Shown here: in pieces, positions 1-10,794 of the stretch
How positions within the stretch are numbered: position 1 is the first letter of the stretch
Layout of the letters: each line of letters begins with the position of its first letter
The notes under the pieces: generated by a model
Told to the model about the DNA's origin: nothing
Seen by the model: only the letters and a program-made list of their open reading frames with translations
Database searches by the model: none
Assembly (NCBI GenBank): GCA_963733675.1
Contig: CAVTET010000001.1
Span: 896,001-960,000, forward strand
DNA: 64,000 nt
From: an uncultured Methanosarcinaceae archaeon
GTDB lineage: Archaea; Halobacteriota; Methanosarcinia; Methanosarcinales; Methanosarcinaceae
Reading direction: 5' to 3'
Program-made: the position numbers and the translations under genes

Positions 1-745
1 ATACGGGGTCCCTTGGCTGAAGGTAAACTATGTGGGTACCAAAGGTACAGCTAAATCTCTTCGGAAAATGGCAGAGTTCTTTGATGACCCTGGACTCACT
101 AAGAAAACTGAAGAAATCATTGCTGAAGAAAAAGCAAAATACCAGGGTGATATTGAAAAATACAGGAAAAAACTTCAGGGCAAATCTGTCTTTATCTATG
201 CAGGAGGTTCAAGGAGTCATCACTATGTGAACCTCTTCGAAGAACTCGGCATGAAAATAGTTGTTGCAGGATACCAATTTGCCCATAGGGATGACTATGA
301 AGGCCGACGGATCATTCCAGAGATAAAGCAAGGAGCTTTGGGTTCCATACTCGAGGACGTACATTATGAGAGGGATGAAAATGTTGAACCTGCGGTCAGT
401 AAGGAGAGGATTGAAGAGCTGAAAAAGAAAATTGGGCTCATGGACTATGAAGGCCTTTTACCTGAAATAAAGGATGGAACAATCGTAGTTGATGATCTCA
501 ATCATCACGAGACCGAAGCTCTTGTAAAGGCCCTCAAACCTGCCCTCTTCTGTTCAGGGATCAAGGACAAGTATTGGGCCCAAAAGCTCGGAATCCCATC
601 ACGACAGATTCATTCCTATGACTATAGCGGACGATATACAGGCTTTTCAGGGGTTTTAAATTTCGCAAGAGATATTGACATGGCTCTGCACAGCCCGACC
701 TGGAGGTTTATATGCCCGCCTTGGAAAGCTGGAGTAGTAGATTAA
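1..745 (+). CDS. nifD: Mo-nitrogenase MoFe protein alpha chain, 3' part (5' end outside window)
   Basis: Motifs YAGGSRSHHY, GYQFAHRDDYEG and the FeMo-co His ligand motif RQIHSYDY. Carries the ~50-aa insertion typical of group II (Clostridium/Methanosarcina) NifD. Lies directly upstream of nifK. Confidence 0.95.
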   Translation, partial: YGVPWLKVNYVGTKGTAKSLRKMAEFFDDPGLTKKTEEIIAEEKAKYQGDIEKYRKKLQGKSVFIYAGGSRSHHYVNLFEELGMKIVVAGYQFAHRDDYEGRRIIPEIKQGALGSILEDVHYERDENVEPAVSKERIEELKKKIGLMDYEGLLPEIKDGTIVVDDLNHHETEALVKALKPALFCSGIKDKYWAQKLGIPSRQIHSYDYSGRYTGFSGVLNFARDIDMALHSPTWRFICPPWKAGVVD

Positions 746-767
746 GGAGAGGAAAGGAGAGGAAAAA

Positions 768-2138
768 ATGTTAGATTATACCTCATGTGAAGAAATAACC
801 AGAGAAGCGGTAACCATTAACCCTGCAAAGATCTGCCAGCCTATCGGCGCAGTCTATGCTGCCCTTGGAGTCCACAACTGTATGCCACACAGCCATGGGT
901 CCCAAGGTTGCCTCTCTTATCTGCGCATGTGCCTGAGTAGACATTACCGCGAAAATGCAATGGGCACTACCAGCAGCTTTTCAGAAGGGACCGCTGTTTT
1001 CGGAGGCGCAGCAAATCTCAAGGAAGCGCTTGAAAACCTGACTACAATCTACAAGCCCGAAGTGATCGCTATTCACACCACCTGTGTGGCAGAGACCATA
1101 GGAGATGATGTGAATACTATCGTAGAAGATGTCAGAATGGAAGAACTCGTAGATCCTTCGATCAAAATCTGTGCGGCTTCTACTCCCAGTTACGTGGGAA
1201 CTCATGTTACTGGCTATGATAATATGGTAAAGTCTTTCGTGACAACCTTTGCCAAAAAAAGCAAACCAAATGGAAAGCTCAATATCATTCCTGGCTTTGT
1301 GGAACCTGGCGACATTAGGGAAATAAAACGCATACTTTCAATAATGAAAATCTCCAGCATCGTCTTCCCAGATACTACCGACGTCTTTGATGCCCCACTC
1401 ACTGGAGAATCTTCAATGTATCCGAAAGGTGGTACTCCGATCGGGGATATCGAAGATTCCGCAAATTCCTTCGGAACTATCGCCCTCTGTAGGATGGCAG
1501 GAGGCTCTGCAGCAAAGATCCTTGAAAGTCGCTACAAAGTTCCTGCAAAAATAGGGCCTATTCCTATCGGAATCAGAAACACTGATCGCTTCATCATGAA
1601 CGCAGCAAAACTTGCAGGTGTAGCGATTCCTCCCAGACTTGAGGATGAGCGCGGTAGGCTGGTAGACATGATGACTGATGCCCATCCACATTACCACGCA
1701 AAAAAGGTTGCCATTTATGGGGATCCGGACATCATAGTGGGTCTCACGAGCCTTGTACTGGAAATGGGTATGGACCCCAGTGTAGTGCTCACTGGTACTC
1801 AGAGCTCGGAGTTTGAAAAAGAAATGGAAGATCTTATTGGCTCTGAATACCCGGAAGCAGATGTTATTTCAGGGGGTGACCTCTTCATGCTTCACCAGAT
1901 TATTAAGAGAAATCCTGTGGATCTCCTCATCGGCAATACATATGGAAAATTCATAGCAAGGGCGGAGGATATCCCACTGATAAGGGTAGGCTTCCCAATC
2001 ATGGATAGGGCAAACCTTCACTATTTCCCGATCATGGGATATGTAGGCGCCGCAAGATTGGTAGAACGCATAGGAAACACTCTCCTTGATAGAAAAGACA
2101 GAGATGAACCTGACTGGCTGCTCGAAACTGTTCAGTAA
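768..2138 (+). CDS. nifK: Nitrogenase MoFe protein beta chain
   Basis: INPAKICQPIGA, HGSQGC and TTCVAETIGDD give three P-cluster Cys. Also TPSYVGTHVTGYD and a strong GGAG RBS. Confidence 0.95.
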   Translation: MLDYTSCEEITREAVTINPAKICQPIGAVYAALGVHNCMPHSHGSQGCLSYLRMCLSRHYRENAMGTTSSFSEGTAVFGGAANLKEALENLTTIYKPEVIAIHTTCVAETIGDDVNTIVEDVRMEELVDPSIKICAASTPSYVGTHVTGYDNMVKSFVTTFAKKSKPNGKLNIIPGFVEPGDIREIKRILSIMKISSIVFPDTTDVFDAPLTGESSMYPKGGTPIGDIEDSANSFGTIALCRMAGGSAAKILESRYKVPAKIGPIPIGIRNTDRFIMNAAKLAGVAIPPRLEDERGRLVDMMTDAHPHYHAKKVAIYGDPDIIVGLTSLVLEMGMDPSVVLTGTQSSEFEKEMEDLIGSEYPEADVISGGDLFMLHQIIKRNPVDLLIGNTYGKFIARAEDIPLIRVGFPIMDRANLHYFPIMGYVGAARLVERIGNTLLDRKDRDEPDWLLETVQ

Positions 2139-2291
2139 AGAACGTGATTCAAAATAATAATTCATGATACAGTTCCATAAGATAATTAAGAATCAAAAGT
2201 CGCGAAATTAAAACCGAGAATAAACTGAGAAGCGAAAAACTGAAAAACCAGATAACTGTCGCTGCAAATCTGAAAACAGAAGCAGAGGGTA

Positions 2292-3857
2292 GTGAATGAT
2301 ATGACAGAGAAAACCGGAATAGTAGATACTCTAGAGGAAAGGCAACCATACATTGCCAGAAAGCAGGAAAAAGGACAGATAATCCCCCTTGCCTGCGACA
2401 ATAATTCCCTGGCAGGGGCTATTAGCCAGAGGGCATGTGTTTATTCGGGAGCCAGGGTTGTCTTAAATCCAATAACCGATGCCATACATCTTGTCCACGG
2501 CCCAATTGGTTGTGCAGGTTATACCTGGGATATAAGGGGCGCAAAGTCCAGTGGAGTAGAGACAAACCGCAGCAGTTTCAGTACAGATATGAAAGAGCTC
2601 GATGTTATATTCGGAGGCGAGGACAAACTCTCAAATGCCATTGATGAACTTGTGGGGCTCTACAACCCCCCGATTATTTTAGTTTATTCAACATGCATTG
2701 TGGGAGTTATAGGGGATGACATTGAGGCCGTATGCAAAATAGCTAGCATGAAGCATAACATTCCGGTAATCCCTGTAAAGTCAGAAGGGTTCAAAGGCAA
2801 TAAATCCGATGGATACAAGGCTGCCTGTGATGCTTTGAAGCAGTTAATCAAAAAACCTCAGAAAGCGATAGCTGTAGAAAATAAACTCGAAATAAGCCCT
2901 GAAATCACGAAACCAAGGATCAATATCCTCGGAGACTTCAATGTGGCTGGGGACGTCTGGCTCATAAAACCCCTCTTTGAGCAAATGGGAATTGAGGTCA
3001 TAGTTTCCTTAACAGGGGATTCAACTGTTAAATCTATATCACGAGCGGCTGAAGCCGACCTTAATCTAGTGCAGTGCAGCGGGTCCATGACTTATCTTGC
3101 AAAATGGATGCAGCAAGAGTATGGAATTCCATATCTTACTGTGAGCTTCTTTGGAATTGAAGATATCTCCACAGCCCTGCGAAAGACTGCGGAATACTTT
3201 GGCTCAGAAGTTATCAAAAAGGAAGCAGAAGTGATTATAAAAACCGAAACAAACCGTATAATGCCTGAAATTTCCAGAATTAGGGAGCGGGTCAAAGGGA
3301 AAAAAGCTGCCATTTACATGGGAGGACCTGCTAAAGCTCTAACACTTATTAAGGGTTTTTCCGAACTTGGTATGGATGTGGTCATCATCGGAACTCAGAC
3401 CGGACAAAAGGAAGACTACGAGCAGATCAGTTATTCGGTTAGGAATGGAACGGTTATTGTGGATGATGCAAATCCCCTGGAACTTGCTGAATTGCTCGTG
3501 AAACAAAAGGCTGACCTGATGGTTGCGGGGGTAAAGGAGAGGTTTATAGCATACAAGCTAGGTGTTGCTTTTTGCGACTTTAACCACGATAGGGTAGTGA
3601 AGTTCGAAGGCTTTGATGGCTTTGTGAATTTTGCACGAGAAGTATACACCTCCATTAACAGCCCTGTCTGGAAATCTATAAGACAGAGGGTCTTAAAACC
3701 TGAAACAGTGAGATCAGGAAAAAAAGCAGTAAAAGAAAAGATTTCCGGGGAACCACACGCAAAAGAGTATGAAATCATGGCCTTGGAACCAGAGTTATTG
3801 TACCTTAACATGGATGTAGCAGCCGATAATCAAATATCTGGAGGGGCATCAAGATGA
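2292..3857 (+). CDS. nifE: FeMo-cofactor scaffold NifE (start GTG 2292 or ATG 2301)
   Basis: SQRACVYSGARVVL, HGPIGCAGYTWD, YSTCIVGVIGDD and FNHDR motifs. Position after nifK. Confidence 0.93.
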   Translation: MNDMTEKTGIVDTLEERQPYIARKQEKGQIIPLACDNNSLAGAISQRACVYSGARVVLNPITDAIHLVHGPIGCAGYTWDIRGAKSSGVETNRSSFSTDMKELDVIFGGEDKLSNAIDELVGLYNPPIILVYSTCIVGVIGDDIEAVCKIASMKHNIPVIPVKSEGFKGNKSDGYKAACDALKQLIKKPQKAIAVENKLEISPEITKPRINILGDFNVAGDVWLIKPLFEQMGIEVIVSLTGDSTVKSISRAAEADLNLVQCSGSMTYLAKWMQQEYGIPYLTVSFFGIEDISTALRKTAEYFGSEVIKKEAEVIIKTETNRIMPEISRIRERVKGKKAAIYMGGPAKALTLIKGFSELGMDVVIIGTQTGQKEDYEQISYSVRNGTVIVDDANPLELAELLVKQKADLMVAGVKERFIAYKLGVAFCDFNHDRVVKFEGFDGFVNFAREVYTSINSPVWKSIRQRVLKPETVRSGKKAVKEKISGEPHAKEYEIMALEPELLYLNMDVAADNQISGGASR

Positions 3858-5287
3858 CGAAAAGGAGCTATACAACCGTAAACCCCTGTATCATGTGCCA
3901 GCCTATGGGAAGTGCCCTTGCTTTCAAGGGGATTGAAAGCACGATGGTTCTCTACCACGGTTCCCAGGGTTGCAGCACTTACATGCGCCTACACCTTGCC
4001 CACCATTTCAGAGAACCTGTGGACATTGCGTCGAGTTCCCTCAGCGAAAAGGGAGCAGTATACGGAGGCAGGGAAAACCTGAAAAAGGGACTAAGAAACG
4101 TCATCAATCGGTATCAACCGAAGGTAATTGGCGTTGCTACTACATGCCTTGCCGAAACCATCGGGGATGACGTACCTGCGATAATTCGAGAATTCAAAGA
4201 AGAGGAGGAGATTGGAGATGATCCTGAAAAAGATATCATAATCATTCCAGTTTCCACTCCAAGCTACGGAGAGAGCCACGTAAGTGGGTACATAAAAACC
4301 TTAGAAGCGGTTGTTAGGAAATTTGCAGAAAATCAAGGAAAAGGTAGAGCCATAAAAACTCCAAACAGAAAACTTAATCTAATCACTGTTGAGAGTCTCT
4401 CTCCTGCAGATGTGCGGGAGATCAAAGAGATCCTTGAGGTTACTGCAGAAAATTACATCTTCCTGCCTGACATTTCAGAAACCTTTGACGCCCCTCTGAG
4501 AGATGATTTTCCTAAAATTGCTCCCGGTGGTACTCTACTTTCCGAAATTGAGGATATGCCTAATAGCCTGGCAAGTTTGGGTTTGGGTATAGTCAGCAAG
4601 AACCAGGCACTGGAATTTCTGGAAGGCAATTATAGTGTACCAGGACACAGTGTTCCAATACCAATAGGGCTTTCAAACACGGATAATTTATTTACGGAAC
4701 TAGTTAGCATCCTCAACTGCCCTATGCCTGAAAAGTACCAAAAAGAAAGAGGAAGGCTCCTAGATGCCATGGTGGATGTACACAAGTATCTCTATGGTGT
4801 AAAAGCAGCAGTTTACGGGGACCCTGACATGGTATTTAGCCTCACGACATTCATGCTGGAAATGGGGATGCATCCAGTACTGGTAGCCACCGGAAGCAAA
4901 AGCCGGGACTTTGGGATGAAAATCAGGCAAATATTCAAAGAGATCAGGCCAGAACTGGAACCTGTGGTTCTGGATGGGATTGATTTCGATAGTCTTAATG
5001 ACGCGGTCAGCAACTGCAGCCCTGATATCTTGATCGGAAATTCAAATGGGAGATACATTGCCAAAGCTCGAGATATCCCTCTGGTAAGGGTTGGCTTGCC
5101 TATCCACGATAGGGTGGGTGCGCAGCGTATTCTTACTGTCGGATACAGGGGAGCACTGGAACTGTTGGATAGGATCACGAATTCCATTCTTGAAGCAACT
5201 GATACTTTCACCTCACCTGTACCAGCAAAACCAGCAACATATACCAGTAAGGTAACCGAGGAGGAATATATTGAGGGAATGAAATGA
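3854..5287 (+). CDS. nifN: FeMo-cofactor scaffold NifN
   Basis: VNPCIMCQPMG, HGSQGCSTYMR, HFREPVDIASS and TTCLAETIGDD motifs. ATGA overlap with nifE. Confidence 0.93.
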   Translation: MTKRSYTTVNPCIMCQPMGSALAFKGIESTMVLYHGSQGCSTYMRLHLAHHFREPVDIASSSLSEKGAVYGGRENLKKGLRNVINRYQPKVIGVATTCLAETIGDDVPAIIREFKEEEEIGDDPEKDIIIIPVSTPSYGESHVSGYIKTLEAVVRKFAENQGKGRAIKTPNRKLNLITVESLSPADVREIKEILEVTAENYIFLPDISETFDAPLRDDFPKIAPGGTLLSEIEDMPNSLASLGLGIVSKNQALEFLEGNYSVPGHSVPIPIGLSNTDNLFTELVSILNCPMPEKYQKERGRLLDAMVDVHKYLYGVKAAVYGDPDMVFSLTTFMLEMGMHPVLVATGSKSRDFGMKIRQIFKEIRPELEPVVLDGIDFDSLNDAVSNCSPDILIGNSNGRYIAKARDIPLVRVGLPIHDRVGAQRILTVGYRGALELLDRITNSILEATDTFTSPVPAKPATYTSKVTEEEYIEGMK

Positions 5288-5690
5288 ATTAAAGAACGGA
5301 AAAAAACTGATACTTCTATTCCTTTCACTGGTTTTCTGCCTGGGTGTGGTTGCTTTCTTCGTGACATCCCACGAAGTGGAAGCAGCTCCGTAAAAACCCA
5401 GGAAATGCCCTAAAATTTTTAGAAATTGTTACTGACTCTGGGAACTGGAAAAGGATTTAATTGAAACACTTCAATTGGTCCTGGGCTGGCATTTACTTAT
5501 TGCTAAAATAGCTACTGTTTAATCTTCCTTTGTGGTTATTCTTGGGATTATAATTGCTTATCTGCTGGCAAAAAGAGAGTTCACGAAAAAGTGGCTAGCA
5601 GAAGTTTCCTTGACCCTCCCCCTGGTCTTGCTCTTGACTGTAACAGGATACATCCTTATACGTCTTCTCGAAAATTTCGCCTCACGTTTC
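5284..5690 (+). pseudogene. Remnants of nif-linked molybdate ABC genes (probable modA signal-peptide stub plus modB N-terminus)
   Basis: An ATG overlapping the nifN stop is followed by a broken KKLILLFLSLVFCLGVVAFF signal-like segment. Then VILGIIIAYLLAKREFTKKWLAEVSLTLPLVLLLTVTGYIL is a clear paralog of the intact ModB N-terminus at 8586-9263. Truncated at the modD 3' end. Confidence 0.75.
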
Positions 5691-6482
5691 TCATATTTTT
5701 CCTATTATCGTTGTCATGTCCAAGGGTTTCGCGTAATAGGGAGCGCTTACGACAATAATATCCACAAAAGGAGCATAATAAGGAATGTCTTCCACTTCAA
5801 TTCCTCCTACTGCAAGCTCAAGTTTGGGATTTAATTGCTTGAGTTCTGGTCCGACATGTCGCAATTCTGCTGGGGATAGATGGTCAAGAAGCATTATGTC
5901 TGCGGCTTTTACGTATCGTAGGGCTTCTTCCCTCGAGCGTGGTTCGATTTCTATTTTCTTCATAGCCCTAAGTTTTTTTAGCTGTCCGACTATTTCTAGA
6001 TGATTCTGGCTGATTTGAATGGAATCGCTAAGAGAGTTCCTGTGAATATCTCCTCCTCCTGCACGAACGGCTTTGAGCTCAAAACTTCTAGCTCCTGGAT
6101 GGGTCTTTCTGGTTGCTGCAATAATAATGTCAGGGTTCTTTTTTTTGCCTGCGCTCACAAGTGAGGCGGTTTTTCTAGCAATTGCGCACATCAACGAAAG
6201 AAAAGTCTGGGAGACTCTCCAAAACTTGAAAAGGAGTTTCAAGTTGCCTTCTGCCTCTAAAATTGTATCTCCGGATTTGAACTCATTGCCGTCTTCCAGG
6301 TAATCCAAAACTTTTATTCCTTTTTTTCTATAATGTTCAGCCAGTTCGTCTGCACAGGCACAAACTCCAGTCTCTCTAGAAACAATCTTTAGTGTACCTT
6401 TTCCTTTTATTCCCAACAATTCAACACTTTCATCTTCATAAGGACAATCTTCGTGAAAATACAGTTCAAATAGATCTATCAT
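5691..6482 (-). CDS. modD: ModD-like quinolinate phosphoribosyltransferase-family protein
   Basis: NadC/ModD motifs EDCPYED and AATRKTHPG, plus GGDIHRNSLSD. Lies in the mod cluster. Confidence 0.8.
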   Translation of the reverse strand: MIDLFELYFHEDCPYEDESVELLGIKGKGTLKIVSRETGVCACADELAEHYRKKGIKVLDYLEDGNEFKSGDTILEAEGNLKLLFKFWRVSQTFLSLMCAIARKTASLVSAGKKKNPDIIIAATRKTHPGARSFELKAVRAGGGDIHRNSLSDSIQISQNHLEIVGQLKKLRAMKKIEIEPRSREEALRYVKAADIMLLDHLSPAELRHVGPELKQLNPKLELAVGGIEVEDIPYYAPFVDIIVVSAPYYAKPLDMTTIIGKI

Positions 6483-6689
6483 AATATGTCTCCTGAGTGC
6501 ATTATCGTGAATTTAACTTTTGTGCTCTCCGCTGTCTTGTATGGGTAATTTATAGTCATTTTTTGAATATGGATGCGCATGTACAATATCAAAACCCTTT
6601 ATTGTAGAATATCACATTCAAGCTTGAAATTAATCTTTTTGGCCTGGTCACTTTTCAGCTAGAGAATTATTTTCAATCCATACAAAACA

Positions 6690-7400
6690 GCTAAAAAATG
6701 GCCAAACATCAGGTTTAGTGACTGTGCCTGTCCAAATAAAAATTGTGAATATTATGGACTTATTGGTCAAGGTAATGTTCTTGAAAATTGAATTTATCTA
6801 AGTTATGGATTAAAGATTAGAAAATACATCTGCCACGGTCATAACAAAGTATTCTGTAACTATACAGATATTTTCTATTACAACTTTCGTAAAAACGAAT
6901 ATTCATTATTGAGTTGGCCCCTAAAATCTGTAAAAGGTTGAGTATAAAGGCTATTGTTGATGTACTACATCCCATCAACTATCTGTAAATACATGGTTAA
7001 ATCATTCGGCCGATAAATGTGACAAGGTAAAATGAGAATTTGATGAACAATTTGGATGTGCCCAAGATAGAAATGGATGAGTTATGTATAATAGTCAAAA
7101 AAATAATGCCAAGAATGAAAGATTATGACGGTGATGGATCATGGATATTGGTAGCTTTAGCACCAAATTGTAGGTTAATTATCACCTTTATTCTAGGGCC
7201 AGGAAAACAATTTGTTGCAGACAAATTAATGAGTGATACATCGATGACGAATTGATGTTATTTCATTATCTGTATAATGTAGTTTTTGGTTCCAGGTAAG
7301 TTTAGAAAACAAGTACATTTGAACAAAGTGAATTCTACGATGAAAATATCAACCAGCTAATCGGGCATAACTTAAGTCATTTAAAACATTAATCATATAA
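6690..7400 (+). mobile_element. Decayed IS1-family element (Methanosarcina type)
   Basis: Fragments RFSDCACPNKNCEYYGLIGQGNV (InsA-like Zn finger) and KIEMDELCIIVKK...WILVALAPNCRLIITFILGP (InsB DDE start). Many stops and deletions. Confidence 0.7.
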
Positions 7401-7450
7401 TTGGGAACAACCAATATTTCCATTCACAACATGATGTATTATTTTTGGAG

Positions 7451-8581
7451 TTAAAAACAATAGAATGCTACTACTTTACTCATTTCCAATTTTACCAGGC
7501 ATGAATCACTTGCATTCAGCTTAAGGGGATCAACGAATTGTGCAGGCACTTCTACATTCAAAATTTTATTATGTTTGACAAGCTTAAGTGTAATTCGTTT
7601 TTTTGGTCCTTTATTAATTATACTGTTGATGGATGCTAAATACAGGTTTTCATTCTGATCCTCAAAACAGGACTCAGGAGAGAGAAGAGTTATGTTTTCA
7701 GGATGGATCCCCCAGCAAACTTTGTCCCTGACCCTGCAATTCAGATACTTTACCGTTATTTGCATGCTTCCACTCTCCAATATTGTGTTTTTCGATTCTT
7801 CATCCTGCTCCTTAACATAAGCATCATCAAAAATATTTGACAAGCCAAATATCTCTGCAACATGCCGGTTTTTGGGATTATAGAATATTTCTTCTGGAGT
7901 TCCGAATTGCTGGGCCTTTCCTCCATGTAATACAAGAATTTTGGAGGCTAGTAGGAAAGCTTCTTCAAGGTTGTGAGTTATGAACAACAAAGGTATTCTA
8001 ATCTTATTTTGTAAAGTTTTTATTTTTTTTGCAAAGTTGGTTCTTATTTCAGTGTCAAGTGCAGAAAAGGGTTCATCCAGAAGTAGAATCTCGGGTTTGG
8101 GGGCAAGAGCTCTTGCCAGAGCAACTCTTTGTTTCTGTCCACCTGAAAGTTGTGATGGATAACGGGTTTCTAATTCCTCGATATGGAGAAGGTCCAGCAT
8201 TTCCATAAACCTTGTTTCCCGGTTTTCTTTTTCCCAACTTTTGAGGCCACATTCTATGTTTTTTCTAACGTTCATGTGGGGGAAAAGTGTATCGTTCTGG
8301 AAAACATAGCCAAGGTTGCGCTTCTGGATAGGAAGATTAATTTTTTTGTCTTTGTCGTAATAAACGTTACTTCCCACAGCTATGATTCCATTATCAGGCT
8401 CTATGATTCCCGAAATACATTTAAACAATGTGGTCTTTCCTGATCCTGAAGGACCAAAAAGTACAACAAGCTCGTTTTCCATTTCAAAGTTGATATCTAA
8501 GATAAAAACTTTCTCAGTACTTTTTTTCCCATCGATTTCAGCTTTGTTATACGATTTTTTAATTTCAACTTTAGCGCCCAA
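7451..8581 (-). CDS. modC: Molybdate/tungstate ABC transporter ATPase
   Basis: Walker A GPSGSGKTT, LSGGQKQR signature, LLLDEPFSALD and a C-terminal TOBE region. Confidence 0.9.
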   Translation of the reverse strand: MGAKVEIKKSYNKAEIDGKKSTEKVFILDINFEMENELVVLFGPSGSGKTTLFKCISGIIEPDNGIIAVGSNVYYDKDKKINLPIQKRNLGYVFQNDTLFPHMNVRKNIECGLKSWEKENRETRFMEMLDLLHIEELETRYPSQLSGGQKQRVALARALAPKPEILLLDEPFSALDTEIRTNFAKKIKTLQNKIRIPLLFITHNLEEAFLLASKILVLHGGKAQQFGTPEEIFYNPKNRHVAEIFGLSNIFDDAYVKEQDEESKNTILESGSMQITVKYLNCRVRDKVCWGIHPENITLLSPESCFEDQNENLYLASINSIINKGPKKRITLKLVKHNKILNVEVPAQFVDPLKLNASDSCLVKLEMSKVVAFYCF

Positions 8582-8585
8582 GTTC

Positions 8586-9263
8586 TCATGCCTCTAATTT
8601 TCCTACGAATCTTCCGGTTAGAGTAATAGCCAGTAGGGACATAAGCATCAGGATCAATACAAGTACTTTAGCAAGTTCGTCATTGCCCGACTGAAAAGCA
8701 TTGTATATTGAAATCGACATTGTATTTGTCTTTCCTTGAATATTTCCTGCCAACATAAGGGTTGCTCCAAATTCTCCAATAGACCTTGCAAAACTTAGTA
8801 CCAGTCCTGCTAGTATGCCTCTTTTTGCGAGAGGCAATGTTATTACTAGCGCAGTCTCAATCTCACTTCTTCCAAGGATATGGGCTGCATATTCAAGTTC
8901 CTTATCCACTGCTTCAATGGCCGCCTGTGTGGTTCTTACCATAAGGGGGAGAGAAACCGTATAAGCTGCAATGACTGCAGCCTGCCAGGTAAACATGATT
9001 CCTGTTCCCAGAATGTTGTAAATCATGTGTCCAATAAATCCGTTTTTCCCCATAAGAAGAATCAAAAGATAGCCAATTACTGTAGGTGGAAGGACTAGAG
9101 GAAGTGTTATCAATACCTCTGCAAGCTTTTTTCCCCGGAAATCACGTCTCGCAAATATGTAAGCTATGATTACGCCACTGCACAATACTAGAAAGGATGA
9201 TACGAGTGCTATCCAGAATGTAAGATATAATGGAAACCATATCTGGTCTAACATAAAAATCAA
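8586..9263 (-). CDS. modB: Molybdate ABC transporter permease
   Basis: LPLVLPPTVIGY, EAA-like loop and FARSIGEFGATLMLAGNI motifs. Confidence 0.92.
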   Translation of the reverse strand: MIFMLDQIWFPLYLTFWIALVSSFLVLCSGVIIAYIFARRDFRGKKLAEVLITLPLVLPPTVIGYLLILLMGKNGFIGHMIYNILGTGIMFTWQAAVIAAYTVSLPLMVRTTQAAIEAVDKELEYAAHILGRSEIETALVITLPLAKRGILAGLVLSFARSIGEFGATLMLAGNIQGKTNTMSISIYNAFQSGNDELAKVLVLILMLMSLLAITLTGRFVGKLEA

Positions 9264-9865
9264 ATTTATTATGTTATTCTGGCTCTATAGAAATCTTCTG
9301 AAATGAAGAATCTTCATTAAATTTAACTAAATAGCCTGATCTATATTTACTTACTCATTTTTAACCTCATACGCTGATTTTGATAGATTTTCTACAAGCC
9401 ATTACTTAATATAATCGTGAATCCTATACTTTTCTATTATTTCCTGCTCCTATCGGATAAATTCTTGGGGTACTGACATAATATACTTTAAATGATTTAT
9501 ATAGTGTTGGAGCACGATTTTTGCATTGGTATATGAGGGAATTGAAGCTCTTTTTAAAAAGACATTAATGAATATATTTAGGCAGCAAAAAAATTTGTCT
9601 TGGAACTTTAGGGTTATTCGATTAAGGAAATTGTTAACATTAAAATGACTACTGTAATATAATCCATTCACCTTGATCTATATTTATATGTTTACAGAAA
9701 ACGCAGTAAAAGTTACACGTTCCTCATAGATTGTATCTTGACCGACTGCAACCCAAGTTCAACTACGTGAATCCTAATTAGTCGTCTTTTAGTGACACAT
9801 ATGGAATTTAATAAACTTCCTAGTATTAATTATTTGGTGCAATGAAAAGGATGAAGATAAAGCGA

Positions 9866-10075
9866 TTAATCTATGGCTATCATCACATTTGAAGCCTTGA
9901 TTATCGCATATGCCTCACTTCCTTCTTTTAGATTCAGGTTTTCAGCTGATGTTTTTGTGATGATAGAAATTATTTCTGTTCCGCCAGGTAGTTCGATTAC
10001 AATTTCCGAATTGACCATTCCAGATACAACTTTTTTAACCTTGCCTTTCAAGACATTGCGTGCACTTAATTTCAT
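9866..10075 (-). CDS. mop: Molybdenum-pterin binding (Mop/TOBE, molbindin) protein
   Basis: MKLSARNVLKGKV...SIIT..SAENLNL...AYAIIKAS is a canonical Mop sequence. RBS GAGGT. Confidence 0.92.
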   Translation of the reverse strand: MKLSARNVLKGKVKKVVSGMVNSEIVIELPGGTEIISIITKTSAENLNLKEGSEAYAIIKASNVMIAID

Positions 10076-10122
10076 TATTTGTTACCTCATTTAACCATTA
10101 TTAATATTATATTACTCACTGT

Positions 10123-10147
10123 TGTTATGAATATATTAACATATACG
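10123..10147. promoter_or_regulatory. Possible ModE-type operator upstream of mop
   Basis: Imperfect palindrome tgttatgaatatattaacatatacg about 50-70 bp upstream of mop, resembling GTTAT-N-ATAAC ModE boxes. Confidence 0.35.
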
Positions 10148-10794
10148 TATTTCTATTCGACTAAAGAATTTATTGATTCGGTTCTAAAATGAAGCTTAAA
10201 TTCTTCGAATAAGAAGCTCAAATAAATGAAGATATTTTTTTCCCTTACTCTTTTATTGAACCTTGGATACATTGTTGTTTTGGACAGAAAATTTGTCCTA
10301 ATTTTTATTTCCAAAACCGCCTAAAAACTAATCGGTAAATTGCCATGAAAGCTCAAATGTGACTTTAATCACGGATTTTAAATTTGTTTTTTAGACAATT
10401 ACACTACCAAATGAATTAGTAATTTTGATTGGCAGAAATAGTAACCAATCGACATTCTGTAGATATATATCAATTTAGAATTTGTTGCCTATTTGGTCAC
10501 TATTATTTGGGATAAAATCTCCTCTTTTAGGGCTATTGTACCTGAAACTCGGAATAATTTCGGTAGCATGTTTGATTTTCTGTAAAATCATAAATCTCAA
10601 AAAATTATTGAGTAGAGAAATATCATACCTGAAGAAATCAACTATATACAGTACACAAAAATTTGACTTCGAATTTACAGCAAATTCATGACACTACCAG
10701 ATTTCTACACACCCTTTTTTCCCAATTGTTTAAGGTGGATACCATAATTAGTAGAATATCAATTCAAAAATTTATTAAATGGAATGAGCAACAA

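Noticed and set aside
744-767. Tandem aaggagagga repeat before nifK
   Set aside because: A simple duplication of the ribosome-binding region. Nothing else suggests a function.
1-5287. Alternative (V or Fe-only) nitrogenase
   Set aside because: Only 22 nt separate D and K, so there is no vnfG/anfG. nifEN and mod genes follow, consistent with the Mo enzyme.
4813-5367. Long antisense ORFs (also 45918-46577 and 51825-52418)
   Set aside because: Shadows of well-supported genes on the opposite strand, with no motifs or RBS.
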